Below are positions 53,015 through 61,486 of a stretch of DNA of 64,000 nt, piece by piece. The first letter of the stretch is position 1; each line of letters opens with the position of its first letter. Origin of the DNA: Phycisphaerales bacterium (lineage in GTDB: Bacteria > Planctomycetota > Phycisphaerae > Phycisphaerales > UBA1924); the NCBI GenBank assembly GCA_044222845.1, contig JBGAMO010000004.1, forward strand, positions 509-64,508. The letters are read 5' to 3'. The translations under genes and the position numbers were made by a program. The notes under the pieces were generated by a model, which saw only the letters and a program-made list of their open reading frames with translations, had not been told where the DNA came from and did no database searches.

Positions 53015-53273
53015 TGCCGAGCACCTTCTCGACCCCGGCCTTGACGGACTTCCAATCGGCCTTGGCGATCTTGCCGATGCTGATCCAACCGTCGTGGATG
53101 AGGATGTTGCTGACGCCGGCGACGGCCATGAGCGCGGCCCCGAGGGGATCGGCGGAGGCCTGGGGCGCGGTGGTGTAGCCGCGGGGCTTATCGACGCCCG
53201 TGCCCTTGTCCAGCACGCACTTGAGCGCGTTGGGGTTGGGGGTGTCCTGGTATTGCACGACGCGGTAGGGCAT
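53004..53273 (-). CDS. Nfu/NifU N-terminal-domain-like small protein
   Basis: VVQYQDTPNPNALKCVLDK...ALMAVAGVSNILIHDGWISIGK matches the Nfu_N pattern (TPNPN.lKF....f...gV..vf....fisv.K). It overlaps the mutY start by 11 nt. Confidence 0.7.
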   Translation of the reverse strand: MPYRVVQYQDTPNPNALKCVLDKGTGVDKPRGYTTAPQASADPLGAALMAVAGVSNILIHDGWISIGKIAKADWKSVKAGVEKVLGNAP

Positions 53274-53375
53274 TGGGGGAGGGTAGGAGTCGGTTCGTAG
53301 TGATCGGGCCCGGCGTGCTGCGCACCACGCGATTGCGGCTCGTTGCGGGCGGCATCACTTCGCCTATCCTGACCT

Positions 53376-54251
53376 ATGCGGATTATCGCGGGCGAATATC
53401 GCAGCCGACGCTTGTACACACCCGCCGACGGCGAGGTGACTCGTCCGATTCCGGACCGGGTGAAGGAGTCGCTGTTCGGCATGCTCCGGGGGCACTGCGA
53501 AGGGGCAAACGTGTTCGACGGGTTCGCCGGGACGGGGGCGATCGGGCTCGAAGCGGTGAGCCGCGGGGCGGCGCGGTGCGTGCTGGTGGAGAGCGACCGG
53601 GAGATCGTGAAGCTGCTCAAGCACAACGTGGAGACGCTGGGGTGCGGGGACCGGTGCGAGGTCTTCCAGGGTGATGCGCTGGGCGCCGGCGCGCTGGCGC
53701 GGGCCCCGCGGCCGCTGACGCTGGCGTTCCTGGACCCGCCGTACCCATTGGTGCGGGAGACGATCGGGTTTCGGCGCGTGATGGCGCAACTGGCCACGCT
53801 GATCGACCTGCTGACGCCCGACGGCTTCGCGGTGCTGCGGACCCCGTGGCCGCTGATGCACGACGCGACGGCGGGCGAGGTGGCGGTGCCGTTTGTTGAG
53901 GAACACCGCGAACGGACCAAGAAGGACAAGCGCGGCGAGATCAAGCGCGGGCGCAGCTGGCGGCGCTACGCGGACAACCTGGACCCCACCCGGGCGGCCG
54001 AGCAACTGGGCGGCGGTGAGCCGGTGGAAGAGGATGATGCGTTGGAGCCGGAAGTGATCGCGGCGTCGACGCCCGCGCCGCCCGCGGCGGCCCCCAAGCC
54101 CAACAAAGTCGCGGCGGACATGCGGCTGCCCAACGCGGTGGGACCGGAGACGCACGTGTACCACGGGATGGCGGTGCACCTGTACGCACGCAAGCCCGCG
54201 GCGACCCCCACCCCCGCCACCCCCACCGTCCCCACGGCCCCCAGCGCGTGA
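53376..54251 (+). CDS. rsmD: 16S rRNA (guanine966-N2)-methyltransferase RsmD with a long insertion/extension
   Basis: MRIIAGEYRSRRL..P....TRPIPDRVKESLFGML, FDGFAGTGAIGLEAVSRGA and AFLDPPYP. At 291 aa it is about 100 aa longer than the typical length for the family. Confidence 0.8.
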   Translation: MRIIAGEYRSRRLYTPADGEVTRPIPDRVKESLFGMLRGHCEGANVFDGFAGTGAIGLEAVSRGAARCVLVESDREIVKLLKHNVETLGCGDRCEVFQGDALGAGALARAPRPLTLAFLDPPYPLVRETIGFRRVMAQLATLIDLLTPDGFAVLRTPWPLMHDATAGEVAVPFVEEHRERTKKDKRGEIKRGRSWRRYADNLDPTRAAEQLGGGEPVEEDDALEPEVIAASTPAPPAAAPKPNKVAADMRLPNAVGPETHVYHGMAVHLYARKPAATPTPATPTVPTAPSA

Positions 54252-54278
54252 CCGCCGCGGCCGCCCAACGATTGGGGC

Positions 54279-54743
54279 ATGGCGATCACAATTGTTGAGA
54301 TTCAGGTAGCACTGCAGGCGCTCACGGCATCGGCGATCGCGGGCGGCCTGATTTTCACGGGCATCCAGTTCCGGGCGTACCGCAAGGCGGCGCACGTCAC
54401 CAACTTCACGAAGCTCGTGGAACTGCAGATGAGCCTGCGGCGGCTGCGGGTGGAGAACCCGGCCCTGGCACGCGTCCACGTCCATGATGTAGAGGATCTC
54501 AAGACCGACGAGGAGATTCAGCACTACTTCCTGAACCTGATGCAGATGTCGATCTTTGAGATCGTGTGGTTCAGTTACCGCAACGGGCAGTTGCCGGAAG
54601 ATTACTTCCACAGCTGGGTCACGCGGATGAAGGTGATCAAGGACGAGCCGTCGTTCCGGCGGGCGATGAAGAAGAACGCCGTCAAGATCTTCCACGACGA
54701 CTTCGAGCGGTACATGATGGACCTGACGCGGAGCGCGGGGTGA
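54279..54743 (+). CDS. hypothetical N-terminally anchored membrane protein
   Basis: 154-aa ORF with lower GC. TM LTASAIAGGLIFTGIQF. I recognise no family. Confidence 0.5.
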   Translation: MAITIVEIQVALQALTASAIAGGLIFTGIQFRAYRKAAHVTNFTKLVELQMSLRRLRVENPALARVHVHDVEDLKTDEEIQHYFLNLMQMSIFEIVWFSYRNGQLPEDYFHSWVTRMKVIKDEPSFRRAMKKNAVKIFHDDFERYMMDLTRSAG

Positions 54744-54744
54744 G

Positions 54745-54796
54745 GGGGGAAGGGGGAAGGGGGAAGGCATCAGGCAATAGGCATCGGGCATCAGGG
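54745..54796. repeat. 7-nt-phased tract: (GGGGGAA)x3 - GGCATCA - GGCAATA - GGCATCG - GGCATCA - GGG
   Basis: Read directly from the sequence. It starts 2 nt after the stop of 54279-54743. Confidence 0.85.
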
Positions 54797-54835
54797 AGGA
54801 TTCACCTTGGGGGCGGAGCGGGCTGAATGGTGTGA

Positions 54836-55249
54836 ATGCGTCGGAGGATGCCCGTACACTCACCGCCGATGAGCGAGCCGACGACCAATCCGGGGGCCGA
54901 GCACGTGGCGCGCAGGCCGGTGCTTTATCCGAACCAGTACTGCTGGTTCCTGCTGCTTTCGGCGCTGGACATCATGCTCACGCACACGATCCTGGAGAAG
55001 TTCCACGAGTTCGGCGGGCGCGAGCTGAACACGTTCGCGGACTGGGTGATCGGGAAGGCCGGGCTGTGGGGCGCGATCGGGCTCAAGACCTTCAGCGTGG
55101 TCGTCGTGGTGCTGGGGCTGGAGTACATCGGGCGGCGGCGGCCGGCGCTGGGGCTGACGCTGGTCCACTGCCTGCTCGCGATGGCGGTGGTGCCGGTGTT
55201 CGTCGCGCTCGTGCAGTTGGCTTGGGTGGCGTTCTCGCCGAACGCGTGA
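54836..55249 (+). CDS. DUF5658-like small membrane protein
   Basis: WFLLLSALDIMLTHTILEKFHEFGGRELNTFADWVI fits the DUF5658 pattern (D..lT......G..E.NP). There are three or four TM segments. The start may be ATG 54869. Confidence 0.6.
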   Translation: MRRRMPVHSPPMSEPTTNPGAEHVARRPVLYPNQYCWFLLLSALDIMLTHTILEKFHEFGGRELNTFADWVIGKAGLWGAIGLKTFSVVVVVLGLEYIGRRRPALGLTLVHCLLAMAVVPVFVALVQLAWVAFSPNA

Positions 55250-55253
55250 GGGC

Positions 55254-56282
55254 TCACGCGGCGACGAGGCGGGAGTTGCGCAGGGACGTCAGCACCGCGT
55301 CGGCGTCCATCGGCTTCTTCTCCAGCGCATCGAGCAGGCCGGTTCGGAAGACAAAGCGCTTGAGGGGCAGGTGCCGCTGGTACAGACCTTCAAGGTCCTC
55401 GGTGCGGGTGCGCGGGCGGTTGCCCAGGTCCAGGAACCACTCGAGCGTGCCGGCGGCGGGGCGGTGGAAGCCCAGGAAGGCCACGCAATCGGCGCGTTCG
55501 CGGGTGGAGAGGATGTCGCGCTGGAACATGTCTACGGCACACTGAGGAGAGAATCGCGCGAAGGTGGGCGAGCCGTAACCCTGTTCGTACTCACGGCGGA
55601 GGTACTCGGCGGGGGTCATCGGGTGGTCGTGCTCGGCCACCGCGCCGGGCCTGTACAGCACGGGCATGTCGAAGGCGCGGGTGAGACGGAATGCCAGTTC
55701 GTCGTCTTCGCGCCCGTAGTGCTCCATCGCGACGCGGATGCCGCCGATGGACCGGACGGGTTCGGCGGGCATCGAGACGTTGAGCATCCAGGCGTGGCGG
55801 TAGCCCCAGTCGCGGCCGGGGTCCTGGCCCTTCATGCGGTTGTAGAAGAAGACCATGGAGGTCTCGCGGAGCAACTGGGCGAAGAGGTTGTCGGGCGAGG
55901 GGACGCGCCAGGGCGAATCACCGATGATGATCGAGGAACGGCGCTCGCGGTGGGCGTGGAGGTGGGCGTGCACGCAGTCGCGGTGCGGCACCACGTCGTC
56001 GTTGAAGAAGATGAGCACGCGTCCGTTCGCGGCGTCGATGGCGCGGTTGCGGGCGGCGCCAGCGCCGGCGTGGTCGCCTTCGAGCACGCGGAGGCGGCCG
56101 GGCTCGGCGCCGGCGTCTTCCCACGTGTGGGCGATCGCGCGGGCGGTGGCCTGATCGCGGCCGTCGATCGTGACGATGACCTCGAACGCGCCGGGGTCGA
56201 TGCTCTGCGAAGCCAGAGCGCGGACGCAGTTGCACACCTTCTCGGGCCGCCCGAACGTGGGGATGATCACTGTGGCCTGCAT
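55254..56282 (-). CDS. family-2 glycosyltransferase
   Basis: Internal ATG 56282 gives MQATVIIPTFGRPEKVCNCVRALASQ. EVIVTIDGRD and FFNDDVV (the DxD region). Confidence 0.8.
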   Translation of the reverse strand: MQATVIIPTFGRPEKVCNCVRALASQSIDPGAFEVIVTIDGRDQATARAIAHTWEDAGAEPGRLRVLEGDHAGAGAARNRAIDAANGRVLIFFNDDVVPHRDCVHAHLHAHRERRSSIIIGDSPWRVPSPDNLFAQLLRETSMVFFYNRMKGQDPGRDWGYRHAWMLNVSMPAEPVRSIGGIRVAMEHYGREDDELAFRLTRAFDMPVLYRPGAVAEHDHPMTPAEYLRREYEQGYGSPTFARFSPQCAVDMFQRDILSTRERADCVAFLGFHRPAAGTLEWFLDLGNRPRTRTEDLEGLYQRHLPLKRFVFRTGLLDALEKKPMDADAVLTSLRNSRLVAA

Positions 56283-56305
56283 GAACGGAACTATCGGCCT
56301 GAATC

Positions 56306-56665
56306 GTGCCGATACCACTATTCATGCCCCACCTGACTGTCGCGACCGAGCACCGCCGCCATGAACGCCACAGCGTGTGCCGCCCGTGCAAGGTTTTTCA
56401 CGAGCCCACGGGGCGATACATCGCCGGGTTCACGGCGGATGTGTCGGCGGGCGGGGCGCTGCTGGACCTGACGCACCAGCGTCCGCTGCGGCCGGGCGAC
56501 CGGATCGAGGTGTTCATCGCGTGGGCGGATCGGGTGCTGCTCACATCGCAGGACGCGATCGTCGCGGAGGTGAAGCGCACGATGGTGCGGGGCAACGGGC
56601 GGCAGTTGGTGGGCGTGCAGTTCGCGCAGGAACTGGCGGCCCCGGTGTTCGCCGCGGCGGCGTAG
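56306..56665 (+). CDS. PilZ-domain (c-di-GMP-binding) protein
   Basis: RRHER (RxxxR) and DVSAGG (D/NxSxxG) at canonical spacing. 119 aa. Confidence 0.75.
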   Translation: MPIPLFMPHLTVATEHRRHERHSVCRPCKVFHEPTGRYIAGFTADVSAGGALLDLTHQRPLRPGDRIEVFIAWADRVLLTSQDAIVAEVKRTMVRGNGRQLVGVQFAQELAAPVFAAAA

Positions 56666-56668
56666 GGA

Positions 56669-57946
56669 TTACTTCTTCTCTTCCCGCACGAGCACGTCGA
56701 AGAGTCGCTGCTCGGCCTGCTGGTACTTGACCATCGCGTCGGTGAGCGCCTTGCTCACGGTGTCGTCGTTGTCGCCCAGCGTGGAGCGGGCCGCGCCGTG
56801 GCGGAGGGTTGAGGGCGTCGCTGGCGGCGCATCACTCGCGGCCTCGGCGTAGGCGCGGGTGGCATCGTAGAGCGATTGGGTGCTCAGTTCCTTGGTGGTG
56901 GGCGCGTGCAGGGCGCGCCAGGGCTGGGAACGCACCTCGATCGCGGTGAGCTTGAGGTTGTCGGACATCAACCGCAGGTTCGCGAGCACGCGGCGCACGT
57001 TGGGCGTCTCTTCCGTGATCAGGCCGGAGACCTTGGCGATGGTGTCGGAGAAGGACTGGATCGCCTCGCGCCCGCTCCGCAGGGCGGCGTTGGCCTCGTC
57101 CACGGTGGTCTTGTCGATCTTGGCGGTGGCGGACTCAACGTTCGCGGCGATGCGGTCGATGCGTTCCTTGTTGTCCGAGATGATCTTCTGGATGTCGGCC
57201 ACGGCGACGCGGGCGTCCTTGATGGCCTCGTGTGCGTCGGAGAGCATGGGGTCCAGACGGGCGGAGGCCTTGTCGACGTTCGCGGCGATGCGGTCGACCG
57301 ACTCGCTCCAGGCCTTGACCTTTTCGCGCAGGTCGCTGATCAACTGCTTGGCATCCGTCACGCCCTGCTCGGCCTGCGGGGAGACTCGCTCGATGAGGTT
57401 CGAGACTTTCGTCAGCCCGGTGTCGAGCGTGGTGATGATGTTGCGGATGTCGGCGATTTCCTTCTGGCCCAGGCCCGCCTGCGCGAGAAACGCCGGGGGC
57501 GCGAGGCCGCCGGGGAGGACGTCGCCGTCCTCGACGGTCTTGGCGCTGCCGATGGGGGTCTTCACGCCCGCCTCGCTACCTGCGTCGCTGATGTTGATGG
57601 AGGAGAGCGAACCGAGCAAGGGGCGGTCCAGCGCGATGGTGGCGTTGTCGAACAGCGGCACGCCGGCGGGCACCCGAACCGACACGTCAACGCCCGTGGG
57701 CGCGGAGTTGGCGGGGTAGAACTGGGTGGAGACCACCCGCCCGAAAGGCTGGCCGCCCAGCAGCACCGGCGAGCCGGCCTTGAGGCCCGCGGCCCCGTTG
57801 GAGAGGGGGAAGCGCACGGTGAAGGCCTTCTGCCGGCCCACGCCGGTGCGCTCACCGAGCATGAACGAAGACCAGACCGCGAGCACAACGCCCGCGACGA
57901 CGAAGCCGCCGGCCAGGATGTTGTCTCGCGCTGTGCGCATCGCCAT
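56669..57946 (-). CDS. MCE/MlaD-family protein with long coiled-coil C-terminus
   Basis: N-terminal TM ILAGGFVVAGVVLAVWSSFML. The MCE core is FTVRFPLSNGAAGLKAGSPVLLGGQPFGRVVS. About 250 aa of helical repeats follow. Confidence 0.8.
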   Translation of the reverse strand: MAMRTARDNILAGGFVVAGVVLAVWSSFMLGERTGVGRQKAFTVRFPLSNGAAGLKAGSPVLLGGQPFGRVVSTQFYPANSAPTGVDVSVRVPAGVPLFDNATIALDRPLLGSLSSINISDAGSEAGVKTPIGSAKTVEDGDVLPGGLAPPAFLAQAGLGQKEIADIRNIITTLDTGLTKVSNLIERVSPQAEQGVTDAKQLISDLREKVKAWSESVDRIAANVDKASARLDPMLSDAHEAIKDARVAVADIQKIISDNKERIDRIAANVESATAKIDKTTVDEANAALRSGREAIQSFSDTIAKVSGLITEETPNVRRVLANLRLMSDNLKLTAIEVRSQPWRALHAPTTKELSTQSLYDATRAYAEAASDAPPATPSTLRHGAARSTLGDNDDTVSKALTDAMVKYQQAEQRLFDVLVREEKK

Positions 57947-58059
57947 GCCGCAGGGTACACCGCGAGCGGCTGGCGATCCGGTGCGCATGGGGTTCCCCGG
58001 GGACCCGGCGGAGGGCCGGTGCGGACGGCGGTCGCCGGCTTCACCCTACGCTTGGGGCC

Positions 58060-59091
58060 TTGGAAGCAACGATCCGCATCACCAACAGCCCCGCGCGTCA
58101 CCTGGTCTTCGGGCCCGCCGAACGCAACCTCAAGATGATCCGCGAGGCGCTGGGGGTTCACATCACCAGCCGCGACGGGCGCGTCAGCATCACCGGCGAG
58201 CGCGGGGGTGTGATCGTCGCGCGCAACGTGCTGGAGGCCCTGAACCTCGCGGCGGCGGAGAAGAGGGCGCTCTCTCGCCAGCAGGTGCTGGACATTTTGG
58301 GGCGCGAATCGGCCCGCGTGGGCGATGAGGTCGGCGGTGATGATCTCGGCACCGCCTCGCACGGGTGGGACGGCTCGCTCAACGTGCACGTGGCGGGGCG
58401 GCCGGTGCGGGCCAGGACCCGCAATCAGCAGTTGTACATCGACGCGATCCGCGACTGCGACCTGGTCTTCGGGCTGGGGCCGGCGGGCACGGGCAAGACG
58501 TACCTGGCGGTCGCGGCGGCGGTGCACCTGCTCAAGACCGATCGCGTGAAGCGGCTGATCCTGACGCGCCCGGCGGTGGAGGCCGGGGAGCGGCTGGGAT
58601 TCCTGCCGGGGGATGTGCGGGCGAAGGTGAATCCGTACCTGCGGCCGCTGTTTGATGCGCTCAACGACATGATGGACTACTCGGTGCTCCGGCGGTTCAT
58701 GGAGAACGACGTGGTGGAGGTGTCGCCGCTGGCCTTCATGCGCGGGCGGACGCTGAACAACTCGTTCGTGATCCTGGATGAGGCGCAGAACGCGACCAAG
58801 GGCCAGATGAAGATGTTCCTGACGCGCCTGGGGCACGGGAGCAAGATGGTGGTGACAGGCGACCCGACGCAGACGGACCTGGAAGATGCGCGGGATTGCG
58901 GCCTGGTAGACGCCGCGGCGAAGCTGAGGAAGACTGAGGGCGTGGGGTTCGTGGGCTTTGACAAGACGGACGTGGTGCGGCACGCGCTGGTGCAGCGGGT
59001 GATCGAGGCGTACGGGGATGAGGATGCGCGGCCGCGGCGGGGCGGACGCGGGGCCAGGCCCGCCGGCAGCGGTGACGCGGCGGGCGGCTGA
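58060..59091 (+). CDS. phoH: PhoH-family ATPase
   Basis: GPAGTGKTYLAVAAAV (Walker A), FLPGD...K..PYLRPLFDAL, ILDEAQN and GD.TQ.DL. The start is TTG. Confidence 0.9.
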   Translation: MEATIRITNSPARHLVFGPAERNLKMIREALGVHITSRDGRVSITGERGGVIVARNVLEALNLAAAEKRALSRQQVLDILGRESARVGDEVGGDDLGTASHGWDGSLNVHVAGRPVRARTRNQQLYIDAIRDCDLVFGLGPAGTGKTYLAVAAAVHLLKTDRVKRLILTRPAVEAGERLGFLPGDVRAKVNPYLRPLFDALNDMMDYSVLRRFMENDVVEVSPLAFMRGRTLNNSFVILDEAQNATKGQMKMFLTRLGHGSKMVVTGDPTQTDLEDARDCGLVDAAAKLRKTEGVGFVGFDKTDVVRHALVQRVIEAYGDEDARPRRGGRGARPAGSGDAAGG

Positions 59092-59117
59092 GGCGGTTTG
59101 GGCAAATACAATCCATC

Positions 59118-59414
59118 GTGTTCACAGCCGAGTCATTCCGCGCGTACGCGGGCCGAGCAGGCCGGGGCATGGAGTTCGCCCGCCGACAGCCCACGGCGCT
59201 GGGGCGGCTTCTGGCGTTCGGGCTGATGGTGCTGGTCGGCGCGTTGGTGCTGCTGGTGGCGATCCCGATCCTGCTTCTGATGCTGATCGCGGGGGTGTTC
59301 GTGTGGGCGTGGATCGGGCTCAAGCGGCGGTTCTCGAGCGCGCAGGAACCCAACGGGATTCTGGACGGCCGCCGGAATGTGCGGGTGATCATGCGGGACG
59401 ACGAGGCGGGGTGA
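59118..59414 (+). CDS. small hypothetical membrane protein
   Basis: 98-aa ORF with two TM segments, LLAFGLMVLVGALVLLVAIPILLLMLIAGVFVWAWI. GC3 is high. I recognise no family. Confidence 0.45.
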   Translation: MFTAESFRAYAGRAGRGMEFARRQPTALGRLLAFGLMVLVGALVLLVAIPILLLMLIAGVFVWAWIGLKRRFSSAQEPNGILDGRRNVRVIMRDDEAG

Positions 59415-59420
59415 TGGAGA

Positions 59421-60338
59421 TCACACCAGCTCGATGAGGGCGGGATCGTCCTTGACGGCGGGCGTGAACTCGAAGCCCTTGCCCTTCTGGGTCTTGCGGA
59501 TCTTTTCAAAGTCGATGAACAGGTCGCGGGTGTACTGCTCGGGCATGGTCATGTCCCACTTCTGGCGGAAGTGGACGAAGGCGGCCTGCACGAGCTGCAT
59601 GCGGCGGGTGTTGGCGTCGTCCTGGGTCATCTTCTTGGCGTCCACGTCGGCGCGGATGTGGCCCGCGCCGTGGTGGCGGATCCAGGCGCCTTTGGCGCAC
59701 ACCAGCTTGAAGCCGGTGCGCTGGGCCCGCAGGCCGAAATCGATGTCCGAGAAGTAGCCGTAGAAGCGGCGGTCGAAGATGCCGATGCGGTCGATGAGGC
59801 TGCGCTTGATGAGCACGGCGTCGCCGGAGAGCAGGTCGTCGACGACGTGGGTGAGGCCCCAGATGTTGGAGACGTACTCGGCGAAGCGGTCGACATCGTC
59901 CGAACTGCGGAGCGCGTAGGGCGGGGGCACGGAGTGCTCGGGGTGGCTGTCGACCAGGTCGGCGGTGCCGCGAACGATGCCGTAGGTGGGGTCGAGGGCG
60001 GCGACGGCGAGGATGGTGCGGAGCCAGTGGGGCGTCAGGACCATGTCGTTGGAGATGAGGAAGACGTTGTCGCCCTTGGCCTTGGACATGCCGTAGGCGA
60101 AGACACCGGTGTAGTGCTGGCGCTGCTTGAAGCGGCCGACGGTGACGGTGCAGGGGGTGTGCTTGCGGAACTCCTGGAAGAGCTTGAGCAGGCCCAGGGC
60201 GGGCTCGGATTCGTCGTCGAGCAGCACGAACTCGCACTGCGATTCGATCCCCAGCGTGCGGATGGCGCTCAGAAGCGAAGAGAGGCACTCGCGGGTTTCG
60301 CCGGGCTGGCTGCGGGCGGGGATGACGAAGGAGAGCAT
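59421..60338 (-). CDS. glycosyltransferase (GT2-like)
   Basis: Internal ATG 60338 gives MLSFVIPARSQPGETRECLSSLL. LLDDESEP and ISNDMVLTPHWL. Only the C-terminal 305 aa of the track ORF are credible. Confidence 0.7.
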   Translation of the reverse strand: MLSFVIPARSQPGETRECLSSLLSAIRTLGIESQCEFVLLDDESEPALGLLKLFQEFRKHTPCTVTVGRFKQRQHYTGVFAYGMSKAKGDNVFLISNDMVLTPHWLRTILAVAALDPTYGIVRGTADLVDSHPEHSVPPPYALRSSDDVDRFAEYVSNIWGLTHVVDDLLSGDAVLIKRSLIDRIGIFDRRFYGYFSDIDFGLRAQRTGFKLVCAKGAWIRHHGAGHIRADVDAKKMTQDDANTRRMQLVQAAFVHFRQKWDMTMPEQYTRDLFIDFEKIRKTQKGKGFEFTPAVKDDPALIELV

Positions 60339-60498
60339 GGCGGAGGGTAGACGGAAACCGCGGAGATTGAAACGCGTACGAACGCCGCGGCCCTGTGAAC
60401 GGGGGATGCCCGCGCGGCCGATGGAAGGTCTGATACCGAAGACCCCGGGCGTGCCTCGCGCGCCCCGCGCTGCACAGACCACTATCCTCCCCCACTGC

Positions 60499-61425
60499 AT
60501 GGCGGCTCTTGACTTCATCCGGCTCGCGCGCCCCAAGCAATGGGCCAAGAACATCTTTGTTCTGCTGGGCCCCCTGTACGGCATGCGCGACCACCCCGAG
60601 ATGGGCCGGAGCACGGTAATCGCCGCGCTCATCACCGCCGCGGCGTTCTCGCTGGCGGGCAGCGCGTGTTACGTTGTCAACGACATTCTGGACGCGGAGA
60701 GCGACCGGACCCACCCGCGCAAGAAGCGCCGGCCGATCGCCAGCGGGGCGATCGCCGTCCCCGGCGCGTGGGTGTTCGCGGCGGTGCTCACGCTCGCGGC
60801 GCTCGGCACGACGATGCTGCTGGACGCGGCGGTGCGGTGGTCGGTGCTGGGGGTGCTGGGGATTTACGTCGCGAACGTGTGGGCGTACTCCCTGCGGCTC
60901 AAGCACCTGGTGATCATGGATGTGCTGAGTCTGTCCTGCGGGTTCGTGCTGCGGATGCTGGCGGGGTGTGCCGCGGCGGCGATCTCTCCCAGCACGTGGC
61001 TGCTCAACGTGACGCTGTTCCTGGCGATGTTCCTGGCGTTCGGCAAGCGGCTGGGCGAGCGGCGGACGATGGGCGACAACGTGGCCGCGGGGCGCGCGGT
61101 GCAGGGCGTGTACACCGATGAACTGCTGCGGATGTTCGTGGTGGTGACGGCGGTGGCGACGTTGATCACGTACGCGGGGTATGTGCAGGCGCGGGCCGAG
61201 GATTTCTCGCGCGTTTTCCCGGGGATGGGCGAGGGGTTCAACCTGCTGTGGCTGACGATGCTGCCGGCGATGTTCGCGATGCTGCGGGCCATCGTGCTGC
61301 TGGAGTGCGGGGACTTTGACGACCCCACCGAGATGGCCGCGAAGGATTGGCCTACGCAGCTCGCGGCGGCGGTGTTCGGGGCCTTGACGGTGCTGGCGGT
61401 CGTCGGGAAATCGGCGGCGGTGTGA
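60499..61425 (+). CDS. UbiA-family prenyltransferase (decaprenyl-phosphate phosphoribosyltransferase-like)
   Basis: Internal ATG 60499. RPKQWAKNIFVLLG and the NDILDAESDRTHPRKKRRPIASG Asp-rich motif. About 8 TM segments. Confidence 0.85.
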   Translation: MAALDFIRLARPKQWAKNIFVLLGPLYGMRDHPEMGRSTVIAALITAAAFSLAGSACYVVNDILDAESDRTHPRKKRRPIASGAIAVPGAWVFAAVLTLAALGTTMLLDAAVRWSVLGVLGIYVANVWAYSLRLKHLVIMDVLSLSCGFVLRMLAGCAAAAISPSTWLLNVTLFLAMFLAFGKRLGERRTMGDNVAAGRAVQGVYTDELLRMFVVVTAVATLITYAGYVQARAEDFSRVFPGMGEGFNLLWLTMLPAMFAMLRAIVLLECGDFDDPTEMAAKDWPTQLAAAVFGALTVLAVVGKSAAV

Positions 61426-61486
61426 AAGAGCCAGGGCGCCCCGGCGATATGCTCCCGTACGGCGATTCGCCGCAAGGAGCACCAGC

